A DNA stretch of 62,928 nt, filler included, from Octopus bimaculoides (taxonomy: Eukaryota), in NCBI RefSeq assembly GCF_001194135.2. It is 7 parts of 6 records of this genome, joined end to end, with 100 filler letters (N's around TTAATTAATTAA, not from the genome) between each part and the next. Parts side by side here need not be neighbours in the genome. Positions count along the whole stretch, not along the records: positions 34,956 to 51,419 come from NC_068981.1; positions 51,520 to 58,100 come from NC_068981.1; positions 58,201 to 60,807 come from NC_068992.1; positions 60,908 to 62,928 come from NW_026337286.1; 3 more parts are not named here. One strand, written 5' to 3'. Position 1 is the stretch's first letter, and every line of letters starts with the position of its first letter. Shown here one piece after another: positions 51,378 to 62,928 of the stretch. Below the pieces are notes generated by a model. That model was given only the letters and a program-made list of their open reading frames with translations. It was not told the origin of the DNA and ran no database searches. The translations under genes and the position numbers were made by a program.

Positions 51378-51380
<3 letters not shown>
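51188..51380 (-). mobile_element. SINE family B, 3' half
   Basis: ttttacttgtttcagtcatttgactgcagccatgctggagcactgcc...caacatcggttgtcaag. Confidence 0.85.
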
Positions 51381-51419
<39 letters not shown>

Positions 51420-51952
51420 NNNNNNNNNNNNNNNNNNNNNNNNNNNNNNNNNNNNNNNNNNNNTTAATTAATTAANNNNNNNNNNNNNNNNNNNNNNNNN
51501 NNNNNNNNNNNNNNNNNNNATATATATATATATATATACATTCAGATATACATACACTTCTACATATACACACACGCGCTCACACATAGATACACATATT
51601 CAACCGTATATCTATGTTTTCTTTTGATAGTTACTTCGAATATCTATAAATCTATATCGATCGAAAGGCGAATGTACATCTAGACACATTTTCAGGATTA
51701 TACTGACATTAACACAATCATCCATGCGCATATGCGCACACATCCAATGTCAAACACAGACGTGCACACATACACTGATCTACATATATAAGATATACGT
51801 ATGTGTGTGTGTATACATGCACACATTTGTACGTTTGTATATACATGCATGTATATGTATATGTGTCTATATATGTATCTATATATGTGTGTGTGTATAT
51901 ATATACATATATGTGCATATATATTTATACATATATGTATACATATAGACCT

Positions 51953-51988
<36 letters not shown>

Positions 51989-52244
51989 TCACATATATAC
52001 AATACAAGGATTCGTTCAATACGTCATGTTTGTCTTAGTACATTCCAGATTTACTTGTTTAACTCCTGTTCTGTATAACAAAGCATGACTATATCGGAAT
52101 TTATACATACATTCATGCAAGCATACATACATACATACATACATACATACATACATACACATACACATATATACTTACATGCAATCATACACACGTTATA
52201 TATATATATATATTATGTATGCCTATATCTGTGTGCGTGTATTC

Positions 52245-52299
<55 letters not shown>

Positions 52300-53599
52300 T
52301 AGATAAATAAATAGATGGATAGATAGATAAATAGATAGATAGATTGCTAGATAGACAGAAAGATAGATAGACAGAAAGATAGATAGACAGATATAGACAC
52401 ATCATCTGGCCCACGTATTGATTCGCTAGATATAAATGTAAAATAATATCATGAGTACGTTGCATATAGCAATGTCTTCTATTAGATCCTGTCCTCAAAG
52501 CTAAGTTTTGCAGAGTTCCCAAGCGACTTCCTCTGTTTTTTTCCTACTATGTCTACTTTACTTATCGCTTGATATATTGTTTTAACTTAGAACGAATACA
52601 ATTTTTTTTCTTTGAAATATAGAATTTAACAAATGCAGATTGTACATCATTGTAATTTACAACCAAGTATTTTTACAGGAAAAGTTTTCAATTGTATTTA
52701 AGAGAATGGCAGCAATGACATTCAATAATATATAAAATATGTTGTGTGTATTTCCTATATTTTAAAATGGCGTCTTTATTGACTTCCTTCACATTTTTAC
52801 TGTCCAACATATTTGGTTAGTTTTATTTTTTTAATCAAGATAAATTCTCAATTTAGATAACTGGACGACAGTTCTGCTCTAGGGTTGTTTGTATTTTCAT
52901 AGTCATGCCTAAACCGACAGCACTGATAACAGAAATGTTTAATTGGCACGACTAATTTGACACATAGAAACGCCCTTTCAGCTTGATATTAGTTGAAAAA
53001 ATATTAAACATAAAATTATTTGACAAACGGCCAAAAGTATTTTACGATTGGTTATAGCAACGATAGTTTAATTAAAAGTGTGTTTTCTGTCATAGTGAAA
53101 ATATAAAATAAATGTGATATAAATTAGACCACTAGTTTTTATTGTTTTTGTAACATTTTTGTAAACTCAGACGATTTGAGGGAGAGTACAGTTGATTAAA
53201 CTCAACCGTTGCCTTGCTGGTACTATGTTATATTACATAGTATCAGTAATATACAATGTACAATTCAAGAACGTCGGGCTCGTTGAGTTACACTCGTTGA
53301 ATTACACTGAGTTAATTAAACGTGCAACTGAATGAATGACATTTGATTGCGCAGACTAGTATGGTACAGCTTCGCAAAATATGATGAGCGATGGATAATG
53401 TCCACAGATATGCATCATAAGTGATTCAGATGTCAAGCACAGATGAAGGCTTTGTTTTCGACTAAGTTCTCAAGATAAAAAGACCAATAGCGAGTGATAT
53501 ACCAGTCCATATTTACTGTGTATGCATTGATCTACGAAACTACAGATACCGTAATGGTGGCTACACGCCTTCATTAATAAATGATGTGGTGTTTTAATC

Positions 53600-53752
53600 A
53601 GCAATGAAACATTAGTTTCAAATTTTGGCACGAGGCTAGCAATTTTTAAGGAGGAGTATAAATCAATTGCATCGACCCTGGTGCTCAACTGATACTTATT
53701 TTATCGACCGCGAAAAGATGAAAGGCAAACTTAACCTCGGCAGAATTTGATC
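53600..53752 (-). mobile_element. SINE family A, partial
   Basis: tttcaaattttggcacgagg...gatgaaaggcaaact..cctcggcagaatttga. Confidence 0.8.
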
Positions 53753-54189
53753 TTAATCAGTAATGAAACATTAAAAGCGACAGCTTTTAGTTGCCAGAGT
53801 TCTGAAATTCAGGAGAACGGTAGACTATGAATATATACTGGGATAAATGTCATATTTATGCGTTATTTACAGTTTTCTATACCTTACTCTTACTCTATAT
53901 CTGCGAATGAAATAGTTGTGCATTTAAGGAGTGAAAATTTTGATATGTTGGTGGTGTAAGGAATCAAAATGGTATCAGTTGTTCACTTAGCAGGGGTTCC
54001 AGTATATCGAAGGTAACGCACATTTGTTGAAAATGGTAGTGCAACATTCCAAATAGTTGAATTTTACTGAGGTAGACAAGTTTTAGATATGCCTGTGTAT
54101 GTGATTGCGTATTTATGTATGTGTGTGCCAGTGTTTTATAATACTTAATCTCAAACTATACACACCGCTTACAGACTGGGACTTCCATT

Positions 54190-55200
54190 ATCATTGTTTA
54201 AAGCCTCCATTAAACGTATTTGAAAACGTTTGAAGAAAGACAAGTGAGTTGAGCAGGGTGAAGTAGGAGTGGTACGAGGAGTAGATTCTGCTGTTATAGC
54301 AAAAGAAACACAGAGAGAGGAAAAGGAAACTGCTAATCCGAGACACAAAGTTTGAGCTGTGTTGGGGGGGAAACTTCATAACAATAATTATGGTGATCTT
54401 TCTTAAGGTCGGTTTAAGGAAGCTGTGTGTAGTAGCGGTACCATCCAAGATGTGGAAACGGTCTTCCATTGTGAGTCTCACCTGTTGAAATACGAAACAT
54501 TTCTCTGGTTCCTTAAGAGAAAGCTTTAGTGACTGAGGAAGTGCGTATGCCAGGAAAGGTCTTCATTTGTAGCGATTTTGAGTGTTCGAGTTCAGTGGAG
54601 TTCACATTTCTGCATATTTTTGCGCGCTCGCGCCTTTTCTGTGTCTGAGTTGATTATCTTTGTGCTATGAAAGTAAACAATATTAATATTGTCTCGTTGG
54701 GAAATTTTTCTAGCTCTATGTTCATGACGTTACTGAAGCTTTAGCATATGGGGTTGATGTCTCAGAATATACATTCAGGCAAGAATGAAGGATTGGTATA
54801 ATTCGAATACGAAAGGGTTGTTGTAAACTGACAACATGTACTTTGTTGATATATACGATGAAGGGTGGGGTGAATGTGAGTTAGAGAGTGAAAGCTACTT
54901 CAGTGAAAGAAGTAGATGTCTACCTTCTGCTTTTCAGCCTCATCCACTACAAAACCTCTTTCAGTAAAGCCAACAGGCAGATAAAAAACCGCCGGCCCTT
55001 TCCGGCCAAAGAAAAGCGGCGAAAAGATCTTAATGAACTCAGATAGTAGCCAGATCTGTGCTACGTGTGGTAGCAGCTATTCGACATAATCCTACAAGTT
55101 AGCAATGCTCGGGTACCAGAGCAATGCGTATAGAATGCATCCCTTCTACAAAATTGGAAAAGTAGCTGCTCGTGTCCGGTTAGACGTGAACTGCGGCAAT
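54190..55200 (-). mobile_element. Highly degenerate CR1/L2/Jockey-group LINE ORF2 remnant
   Basis: Ordered motif remnants on the minus strand: RIALVPSIANL (about 55130), FIVYIN (about 54850), EKISQRDNINIVYF (about 54700), EDLSWHTH (about 54555), TMEDRFHIL (about 54460). Confidence 0.6.
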
Positions 55201-55714
55201 GCATGACGGTCAGGTACTAATCGAAGATAGAAGCAATGTAGGCCTTCGCTCTCTCTACCGAATATTTGAGAGACGACTTCTTTTCGGTCCATTTCTGAGT
55301 GATATTTCACTCTGTTCGTTACTACGTTTCAGTTCTTCAACATTTGGAAATATGACCCAGAATAATTTTACCGGTCTGATCTCTTGTCCACTGGTCTTCA
55401 ATTAGAGGAACAGCATAGATTTGCCTCTGGTGGTGCAGCACTGGAATTTCACCGACTTTCTTGCTTGATTTTTTACTCTTTAGGATAGAGCACTTGCCCT
55501 AAAGGGTCAGATTTTTGGAGCTCCTTGACTGGTCCATGGTCAAGCTTGACCATGGACAAGCTTGACCATGGACAAGCTAGGATCGCTAGAATAACCTTAC
55601 AGATCCTGTACTAAAAGAACCCAGTCACTCTCAATTATTTGTCTATTATGTATGTTTTACCTCATTCCATTATGTTTTCTTTCGATCTTTGTATAAATCA
55701 CACCACTATTCTTT

Positions 55715-55878
55715 ATATTACCGGTTCCTTACGTCTTAAGTTCAAATGCCACCGACGTTAACTTTGTTTTTCATCCTTCAGGAAAGGATAAGATAGAGTA
55801 TTTGTCAAGCACTGGAGTCGATGGTATCGATCTCCCTTCCATAATAATTGCCAGCCTTGTGCCTAAATTAGAACCATT
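55715..55878 (+). mobile_element. SINE family A, old partial copy
   Basis: aagttcaaatgccacc...gcactggagtcgat...gccagccttgtgcctaaattagaa. Confidence 0.7.
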
Positions 55879-56129
55879 ATTATGTATTTTTACGTTTTGT
55901 ATTTTGTATTAAGACTATTCTACATATGTGCCCTGCTTTGTAATGCTTAGTGTTTAAAGCACATATAATAATTTCCTGTTTTCGCTGCTTGTATTCTACT
56001 TGTTTGCTTTTCCAGTTCTTTATATTTATGTAATTTATCCAATTTTGTTAGGAATACATTAATTTCTCCTGGGTTAAATAATCAGTCAGAAGGAACTTCC
56101 TTTCATGACATTCCAAGTATGATATATTT

Positions 56130-56480
56130 ACGATACTCAGATATTTTCTGATGTATGTTTATACTGTCTCTTTACGGTTGGTGTTTCATAATTCTGGCAT
56201 AATTTACAGTATATGAAACCTCCAACCTCGTCATGCCTTTATTGAAATTTTCTCTTGGTTAACACCAGGCCACCTGAGACAATATATTTTATTGTTTCTA
56301 CTTAACTTACACATCCTGCAGTTAATTTATTCCGCATCGTTATATACCCTTGGTAGTTTCTAACGTATATTTCAGAATTGTGCCAAAATAAAATGAATCC
56401 TTCAGTATCATTTGTGTGTCCTGCGCTTTTCAGTCACTGCTAAGAGTTTTCTTCATCCAAAAATCAAATGTTAAATATTC
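56130..56480 (-). mobile_element. Degenerate R4/Dong CCHC-RHD fragment
   Basis: TEGFIL...VRNYQ...CRMCK..VETIKYIVSG..VL...RHDEVGGFIYCKLCQNY with frameshifts. Confidence 0.65.
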
Positions 56481-56611
56481 GCAGGATAGAGGTCTTTCTT
56501 TGTCATAGTCTTAGATTGTCATTTCCTAGTCTTATCTTTATCCGATGTTTTAGTCTTCTTTTTTTCACCAATTTGTGATGTTTCTCCATTCACTGTTACC
56601 TATATTTTTTT

Positions 56612-57035
56612 TTAATCGCTTCAGTCATTGAACTGCGGCTATGTTGGTGTAACCTCTTAAAAGGTTTTCATCTAACAAATCGACTCCCGTGCTTATTTTT
56701 AGTGTGGCAATTATTCTGTCGGTTTATTTTGCCGAATCGCCATGTTACGGGTACATAAACAAACCAACACTGGTTGCTAAGTGGTGGAAAAACGAAGGCA
56801 TAGATATACATACATATAAACGCACGCGTGCGTACGCACACTCACACACTCACACATATGTATATAGATATATAGCACAAGTTTCTTTCAGTCTCTGGCA
56901 ACCAAATTCACTCATAAGGGTTTGATCCGCCCGAGGCTATAGTAGAAAACACTTGAACAAAATTCCACAAAGTGACCTAAACACGGAGCCATGTGGTTGG
57001 GAAGCAAACATCTTACTACCCAGCCACACCTGCAC
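56612..57035 (-). mobile_element. SINE family B, full length, old
   Basis: Tail ttcagtcattgaactgcggctatg; centre tttctttcagtc...accaaattcactc; head ttactacccagccacacctgcac. Confidence 0.8.
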
Positions 57036-57252
57036 ATGTTTGTCTTATATTTGTAGATTTCCTTGAAAACAATAACAATTTTTTGTTTATGGTTTGTATA
57101 TTGAAGCTTTAGATTCCATTTCATTCATAATTTTTATTCTGAATATGTTGGTTGTTATATTCCAAGTAGTTGTTGCCGCCATCAAATAACCCATTGCAGG
57201 ATTGTTTGTTATATTTTCCAGGAATTGAGAATAAAAAATGACGCCACAACTG

Positions 57253-57822
57253 TGTCAGGATATATATGGAGACAGAAAGATCTATGAGTGGACCACTTCG
57301 ATATTTGTTATTTAACTGTCGAAAAGGCCACGCTGTCTGTATATAAACTGGGAAGTGTAACAGACAACCCGTAGTGTTTAGAAGTGTGTCAATTCAACTC
57401 AGTAATCAGAAGTATTAAACATGTATAAAACTCAGGTTATGGCGACCCGTCAGAGAAATGAGCCCCGCGAAGCGGATTGGTTGCTGCAGCAAGTGTCGCT
57501 GGAAACTCTCCGCCGCAACGCCATCGCAGACATCACTGCAGAGTGGTACTGAGCACACTCTTTGCTTAGGATACAGGACCATCGCTCCCTTCACTCCATC
57601 ATTCATTGCTTCACCCCATCATTCATTGCTTCACCCCATTTTCCTTTTCATGCTTTTCCTTTCTTATCTCTCTTCATTTCTGTTTCCTTGTACTTTAATG
57701 TTCTAATAAAAGGAAATAAATGGTATTCTGCAGGTCAAACAATAATAATAAAATGGAGCCACAGTAATTTTCTGGATTTCAATAAATATGGTTCCGGTCG
57801 TAGACAAAGAGGAATTGTGACA
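57253..57822. mobile_element. Probable solo LTR
   Basis: Begins TGTCA and ends TGACA (inverted termini), 570 bp, TATA-like gtatataaa near 57340 and aataaa at 57781; no target-site duplication found. Confidence 0.45.
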
Positions 57823-57875
57823 TAGAAGTATTAATTTCAATTAAAAACTATTAATCATTTTCGTTATAAAAATCG

Positions 57876-57930
<55 letters not shown>

Positions 57931-57934
57931 TCAC

Positions 57935-58095
57935 TCTTTTACCCTTTTACTTGTTTCAGTCACTTGATTGGAGCCATGCTGCACCGCCTTTAGTCGAGCA
58001 AATCGACCCCAGGACTTATTGTTGTAAGGCTAGTACTTATTCTATCGGGCTCTTACGCCGTACCGCTAAGTTACGGGGACGTAAACACACCAATA
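57935..58095 (-). mobile_element. SINE family B, 3' half
   Basis: ttttacttgtttcagtca...ttagtcgagcaaatcgaccccaggacttatt...aagttacggggacgtaaacacacc. Confidence 0.85.
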
Positions 58096-59111
58096 TATGT
58101 NNNNNNNNNNNNNNNNNNNNNNNNNNNNNNNNNNNNNNNNNNNNTTAATTAATTAANNNNNNNNNNNNNNNNNNNNNNNNNNNNNNNNNNNNNNNNNNNN
58201 ATTTAGAAGGGATTTCTTATTTATATACTGGGAATATATAGTCAACAATTTTTTTCTTATATAGTCGTTTTTTATAGGAAGTATAATAATAAATGTATCT
58301 TTTTTTAAGTTGATAGTAACTTTGACTGGCTCTAAAAAAAATGTGCATTATTCACCTAAATTGTTTGTAGAAAATAATGCAGGGCAGTTCAAACTTGGGT
58401 ATCAGTTATGAAAAACGAAAGCATTATCACACTTATTGTATTTTGTTTTTATTGCATTCCTGTTTACAGACGTAAGATGTTGTTTCAGGATGTAAACTGT
58501 CAATTGTTGTAAAATTTTTGTTTTCACTCAGATTTATTTTCACTCATTGCACTTGAAATAAAAGGTGTGTTTCCTTGAGATTGTTTTTTTTGCATATTTC
58601 ATGACCATCAATTCCAAAACTATTTATATGTTAAGTTTAACATTTGACTTTGTACTATTTATCATTTTGCTCATGATGTTAATACTTGAAAATATGTCAT
58701 TACGTTAACAATATTATGGAAAAGTTCATTTAAGGGTTGGTCTTTGGTCTTTTTGACCACCATTGGTCCCATGATTTTATGACAGAATATTTTGTGAGGT
58801 TATATTTTCGTTCTATACCACCCCGTTTAAATTAACATTGAGGCTGTTTGGAGAACTTTCGCTTTCCCTATCCACAAGCGATTCCCTCCTGCTCAACATC
58901 TCAATATGTTAACTTAGAAGGGATTTCTGCTTTTACGTAGGATAACGAAAGACACAAAGATCGCTAAAATAGTGCCTAGAGTTTACATGGGTTTATATAA
59001 AGGATGGTTTTCCTCTCTGAATTAAAATGTGACTTTTGATAGGTTAACTAGCTGATTCAAGAGCAACTTAAACTGTCCAAAGGGCGGGTACTTCAGCTAG
59101 TATATTTATAT

Positions 59112-60095
59112 ATCATCATCATCGTTTAACGTGTGTTTTCAATGCTGGCCTGGGTTGGATGGTTTGACTGAGGTCTGGAGAGCCAGCAGCTGCACCAGGC
59201 TCCAATCTGATCTGGCAATGTTTCTACAGCTGAATGCCCTTCCTAATGCTAATCACTCTGAGAGTATATTGGGTACTTTTTATGTGCCACTGTCACGGGG
59301 GTCAGTCTAGGGGTATTGGCATTGACCACATTCGGTTGGTGCTTTTTATGTGCCATCGGCATGGGAGCCAGCCAGGGGCACCGGTCCCAGCTACGATATT
59401 GGTTTTACTTGACTCAACAGGTCTTTTCAAGCATATCATATTGCCCGAAACATCAGGGTATTCTTAACAGGGCCAGACATGTGTGGTTGCGATCTCACTT
59501 TAGTTGCCGGGTCTTCTCAATCACAGCATATCTCCAAAGGTCCCGGTCTCCTGTCATTGCCTCTGTGAGGCCCAATGTTCGAAGGTCATGCTTTACCACT
59601 TCATCCCATCTCTTCCTCGGTCTACCTCTTCCACAGGTTCCTTCTGCAGATAGGGAGTGACACTTCCTCACACAGCTTTCTTCATTCATATGTAACACAT
59701 GGCCATACCAGCACAGTCGCCTCTCTTGCACACCACATTTCATGCTTCTAATGCCCAACTTTGCTGTCAGGGCCCTTATACTCTGTCATGTATGCACACT
59801 GACATTATACATCCAGCGGATCATACTGGCTTCATTTCTTTCAAGTCTACACATGTCCTCAGCATTCATGGCCCATGTTTCACTACCATGTAGCATGGCA
59901 GTTTATACACATGCATCATACAGTCTATCTTTCACCCTGAGCAAGAGGCCCTTAGTTACTAGCAAAGGTAGGAGCTCTCTGAACTTTTCCCAGGCTATTC
60001 TTACTCTAGTCACTCCTCTCTCAGAGCCCCCACTACAAACTTGGTCACCTAGGTAGCTGAAACTATTAACTACTTCTAGTTTCTCCCCCGACATG
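59112..60095 (-). mobile_element. 5'-truncated RTE-clade LINE
   Basis: LEVVNSFSYLGDQV...RVRIAWEKFRELLPLL and ERRLCWYGHVLHM...GRGRPRKRWDEVVKHDL..LGLTEAMTGDRDLWR; about 380-nt 3' UTR ending in (GAT)n. Confidence 0.9.
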
Positions 60096-60989
60096 TGATG
60101 GAATCATGTGTGTGTATATGCATTTTTCTAAATCTTGTACGACTCTATTGCTGTCTATCTGCCCTTTCACGCTTATTCGTTCATTCCACTCTTCGTTCTT
60201 TTGTTCCCCCTCTCTCACATTTCCTTGCCTTCTTTTCTTGCTCACTTTCCCTCCACTTTTCACTTCACTGTGTCCCTGTCATTTTTTCTTGCGCCTCCAT
60301 AATTCTTTTGTCCTTCTGCGTCTACCTCTCTCTCTTCTCTTCCCATGTGACCGGCGTTCGGCCAAGCCTGATCTTTCTTTCTTGGCCGGCCGTTGTCCGT
60401 GCAACATCAGTATTCCTCCCTGTGCCTGTGAAATCTTGTATCTCTGCTGTAAGGCTTTATTTCCACACACGCCAGCTTAATTTAATTTGTCCTTAGTCGA
60501 AAGACACCTGTTGTTATGTCCTGTTATTATTTTTATTGTATTTGTGTAACATTGTTCATTTTTTTCCGTCCTTATTTTTGTATACATTCGGTGCTTTCTT
60601 CCGAGGAATCTAATGCTCTTGGCTTAGTTTTTCCTTGGGGCTGGCCAGATTGGAGCAATGTCGAGTATAACCAGCCAAAATTGTAAAGATAATCTGGAAC
60701 TCAACTGAGGAAAGAAAACTCCGAATGACCTGTCCTTGTTTTCTTTGTATCGTCTATCTGGATGTTTTATTGTCCCATTTTTGTATCACCTAACTGTCCG
60801 GACGCTTNNNNNNNNNNNNNNNNNNNNNNNNNNNNNNNNNNNNNNNNNNNNTTAATTAATTAANNNNNNNNNNNNNNNNNNNNNNNNNNNNNNNNNNNNN
60901 NNNNNNNTTTTTTTTTGTTTAGAAGAAGAGAACATTATTTTTTTCTTTTGTTTTTATGGGTGACGTTCCAGGACAATGGAGGAAGATCG

Positions 60990-61164
60990 ACAAATACACA
61001 GATGGATAGATAGATAGATAGATAGATAGATAGGCAGATGGAGAGATGGATAGACGGATAGATGGATAGATAGATAGACAGATAGATGGATAGATAGATA
61101 GACAGATAGATAGATAGATAGATAGGCAGATAGACAGATAGATAGATAGATAGACAGGCAGATG

Positions 61165-61204
<40 letters not shown>

Positions 61205-61291
61205 CATTTCTTTTATTAGCCACACAGGGCTCAACAAAGATGGGACAGATACAATGTAGAACTTTTCTTTTTGGGAGGGGGAAGGAAAAAT

Positions 61292-61358
<67 letters not shown>

Positions 61359-61362
61359 TATA
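60990..61362. repeat. (GATA)n-type microsatellites
   Basis: Direct inspection. Confidence 0.9.
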
Positions 61363-61825
61363 GACAGGCAGATAGGTAGATAGGTAGAGTGAGGGATTTC
61401 TTTTCAATTTGGATTGTATTTACCAGTTATTGGATCTAAGTAACATAACACAGTAAAGTGTTCCGTTGCTGATCCAGCTTGTGGTGGGGGATCCCCCACA
61501 ACAGAGGAGGCTCGTAACGACAATGAATGAACTAATAATCCTTTGTACTATGGGCACAAGGCCTGAAATTTGTGGGGTGGTGATGGTGGGATTTAGTTTA
61601 GAGAAAGGTGGGTAGGGCAGTTACCTCGGCAACAGACTGTGACTCCTCTTCAGCCAACAAGATGAGGGACGTAGCACACCTGGAGAGTGAATAAAAGAGA
61701 CATTAGTTCGATCTTGGCTTTGGAAAGAGAGGGAGAAAGAGTAAGAGATAGGGCAGAAACTGATGAAGCAGCAGAGGGAGAAGATCATCAGAAATAGAGT
61801 AAAAGCAATAAGTTGGTTGGAGACT

Positions 61826-62750
61826 GGAGGAGGATGAGGAGGATGAGGAGGATGAGGATGAGGATGAGGATGAGGAGGAGGATGAGGAGGGTGAGGAGGA
61901 GGAGGAGGAGGAGGATGAGGATGATGAGGATGAGGAGGAGGATGAGGAGGAGGATGAGGAGGAGGATGAGNNNNNNNNNNNNNNNNNNNNNNNNNNNNNN
62001 NNNNNNNNNNNNNNNNNNNNNNNNNNNNNNNNNNNNNNNNNNNNNNNNNNNNNNNNNNNNNNNNNNNNNNNNNNNNNNNNNNNNNNNNNNNNNNNNNNNN
62101 NNNNNNNNNNNNNNNNNNNNNNNNNNNNNNNNNNNNNNNNNNNNNNNNNNNNNNNNNNNNNNNNNNNNNNNNNNNNNNNNNNNNNNNNNNNNNNNNNNNN
62201 NNNNNNNNNNNNNNNNNNNNNNNNNNNNNNNNNNNNNNNNNNNNNNNNNNNNNNNNNNNNNNNNNNNNNNNNNNNNNNNNNNNNNNNNNNNNNNNNNNNN
62301 NNNNNNNNNNNNNNNNNNNNNNNNNNNNNNNNNNNNNNNNNNNNNNNNNNNNNNNNNNNNNNNNNNNNNNNNNNNNNNNNNNNNNNNNNNNNNNNNNNNN
62401 NNNNNNNNNNNNNNNNNNNNNNNNNNNNNNNNNNNNNNNNNNNNNNNNNNNNNNNNNNNNNNNNNNNNNNNNNNNNNNNNNNNNNNNNNNNNNNNNNNNN
62501 NNNNNNNNNNNNNNNNNNNNNNNNNNNNNNNNNNNNNNNNNNNNNNNNNNNNNNNNNNNNNNNNNNNNNNNNGAGGAGGAGGAGGAGGAGGAGGAGGAGG
62601 AGGAGGAGAATGAGGATGAGGAGGATGATGAGGATGATGAGGATGAGGAGGAGGAGGATGAGGATGATGATGAGGAGGAGGATGAGGATGATGAGGATGA
62701 TGAGGATGAGGATGATGATGATGAGGAGGATGAGGATGAGGAGGATGAGG
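61826..62750. repeat. (GAG)/(GAT) compound repeat around a gap
   Basis: Direct inspection. Confidence 0.9.
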
Positions 62751-62752
62751 AT

Positions 62753-62833
62753 AAAGATCTTCAAATAGAAATTAGCAAAATGTGGAACCTGAAGACTAAA
62801 ACAATACCTGTTGTCATAGGAATGATAGCAAAA
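62753..62833 (+). mobile_element. R4/Dong RLE C-terminal micro-fragment
   Basis: KDLQIEISKMWNLKTKTIPVVIGMIAK, homologous to ELRIEIVKMW...KVIPIVIGAL in the main element. Confidence 0.75.
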
Positions 62834-62928
62834 CTGCGGGTGTATATATGTTTGGGCGTGAGTGTATGTGCGTGTATGCATGTGCGTGTGTATTTTATGT
62901 GTGCGTGTGAACGAGGGGTTGTGTGGGG

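Noticed and set aside
57431-57460. cag|GT TAT GGC GAC giving GYGD, the potassium-channel filter motif
   Set aside because: Stop after four more codons, no polypyrimidine tract, and it lies inside the LTR-like block.
60695-60745. CTGAGGA…GAAT…GTC hammerhead-like spacing
   Set aside because: GAAA is GAAT, stem II is unpaired and stem I is out of register in this copy; the family consensus would be needed.

Overview
AT-rich, microsatellite-dense eukaryotic genomic DNA with many assembly gaps. The SINE, LINE and mariner repeat complement is what I associate with Octopus; this is an inference from repeat recognition, not a database result. No intact host gene can be recognised, and most long ORFs in the track are artefacts of N-gaps and simple repeats. 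Supported content: (1) a near full-length but disrupted R4/Dong-clade RLE retrotransposon (minus, about 37185-40696) inside a same-strand stack of elements separated by (TAA)n tracts; (2) further Dong, CR1-like, RTE and Penelope (GIY-YIG) fragments; (3) Tc1/mariner, pogo-like, Chapaev3-like and Helentron-type non-autonomous (HINE-like) DNA elements; (4) many copies of two tRNA-derived SINE families; (5) a probable solo LTR. The most interesting unexplained signals are three unrelated short repeats each carrying a degenerate minimal type-I hammerhead-ribozyme-like core (915-951, 4628-4675, 21704-21749), a head-to-head inverted pair of tRNA-Thr-like elements (25391-25740), the (TAA)n-targeted stack with a 551-bp non-coding member, and a speculative 84-nt exon resembling the Argonaute MID motif (42627-42710). 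All alignments and folds were done by eye and need computational confirmation.
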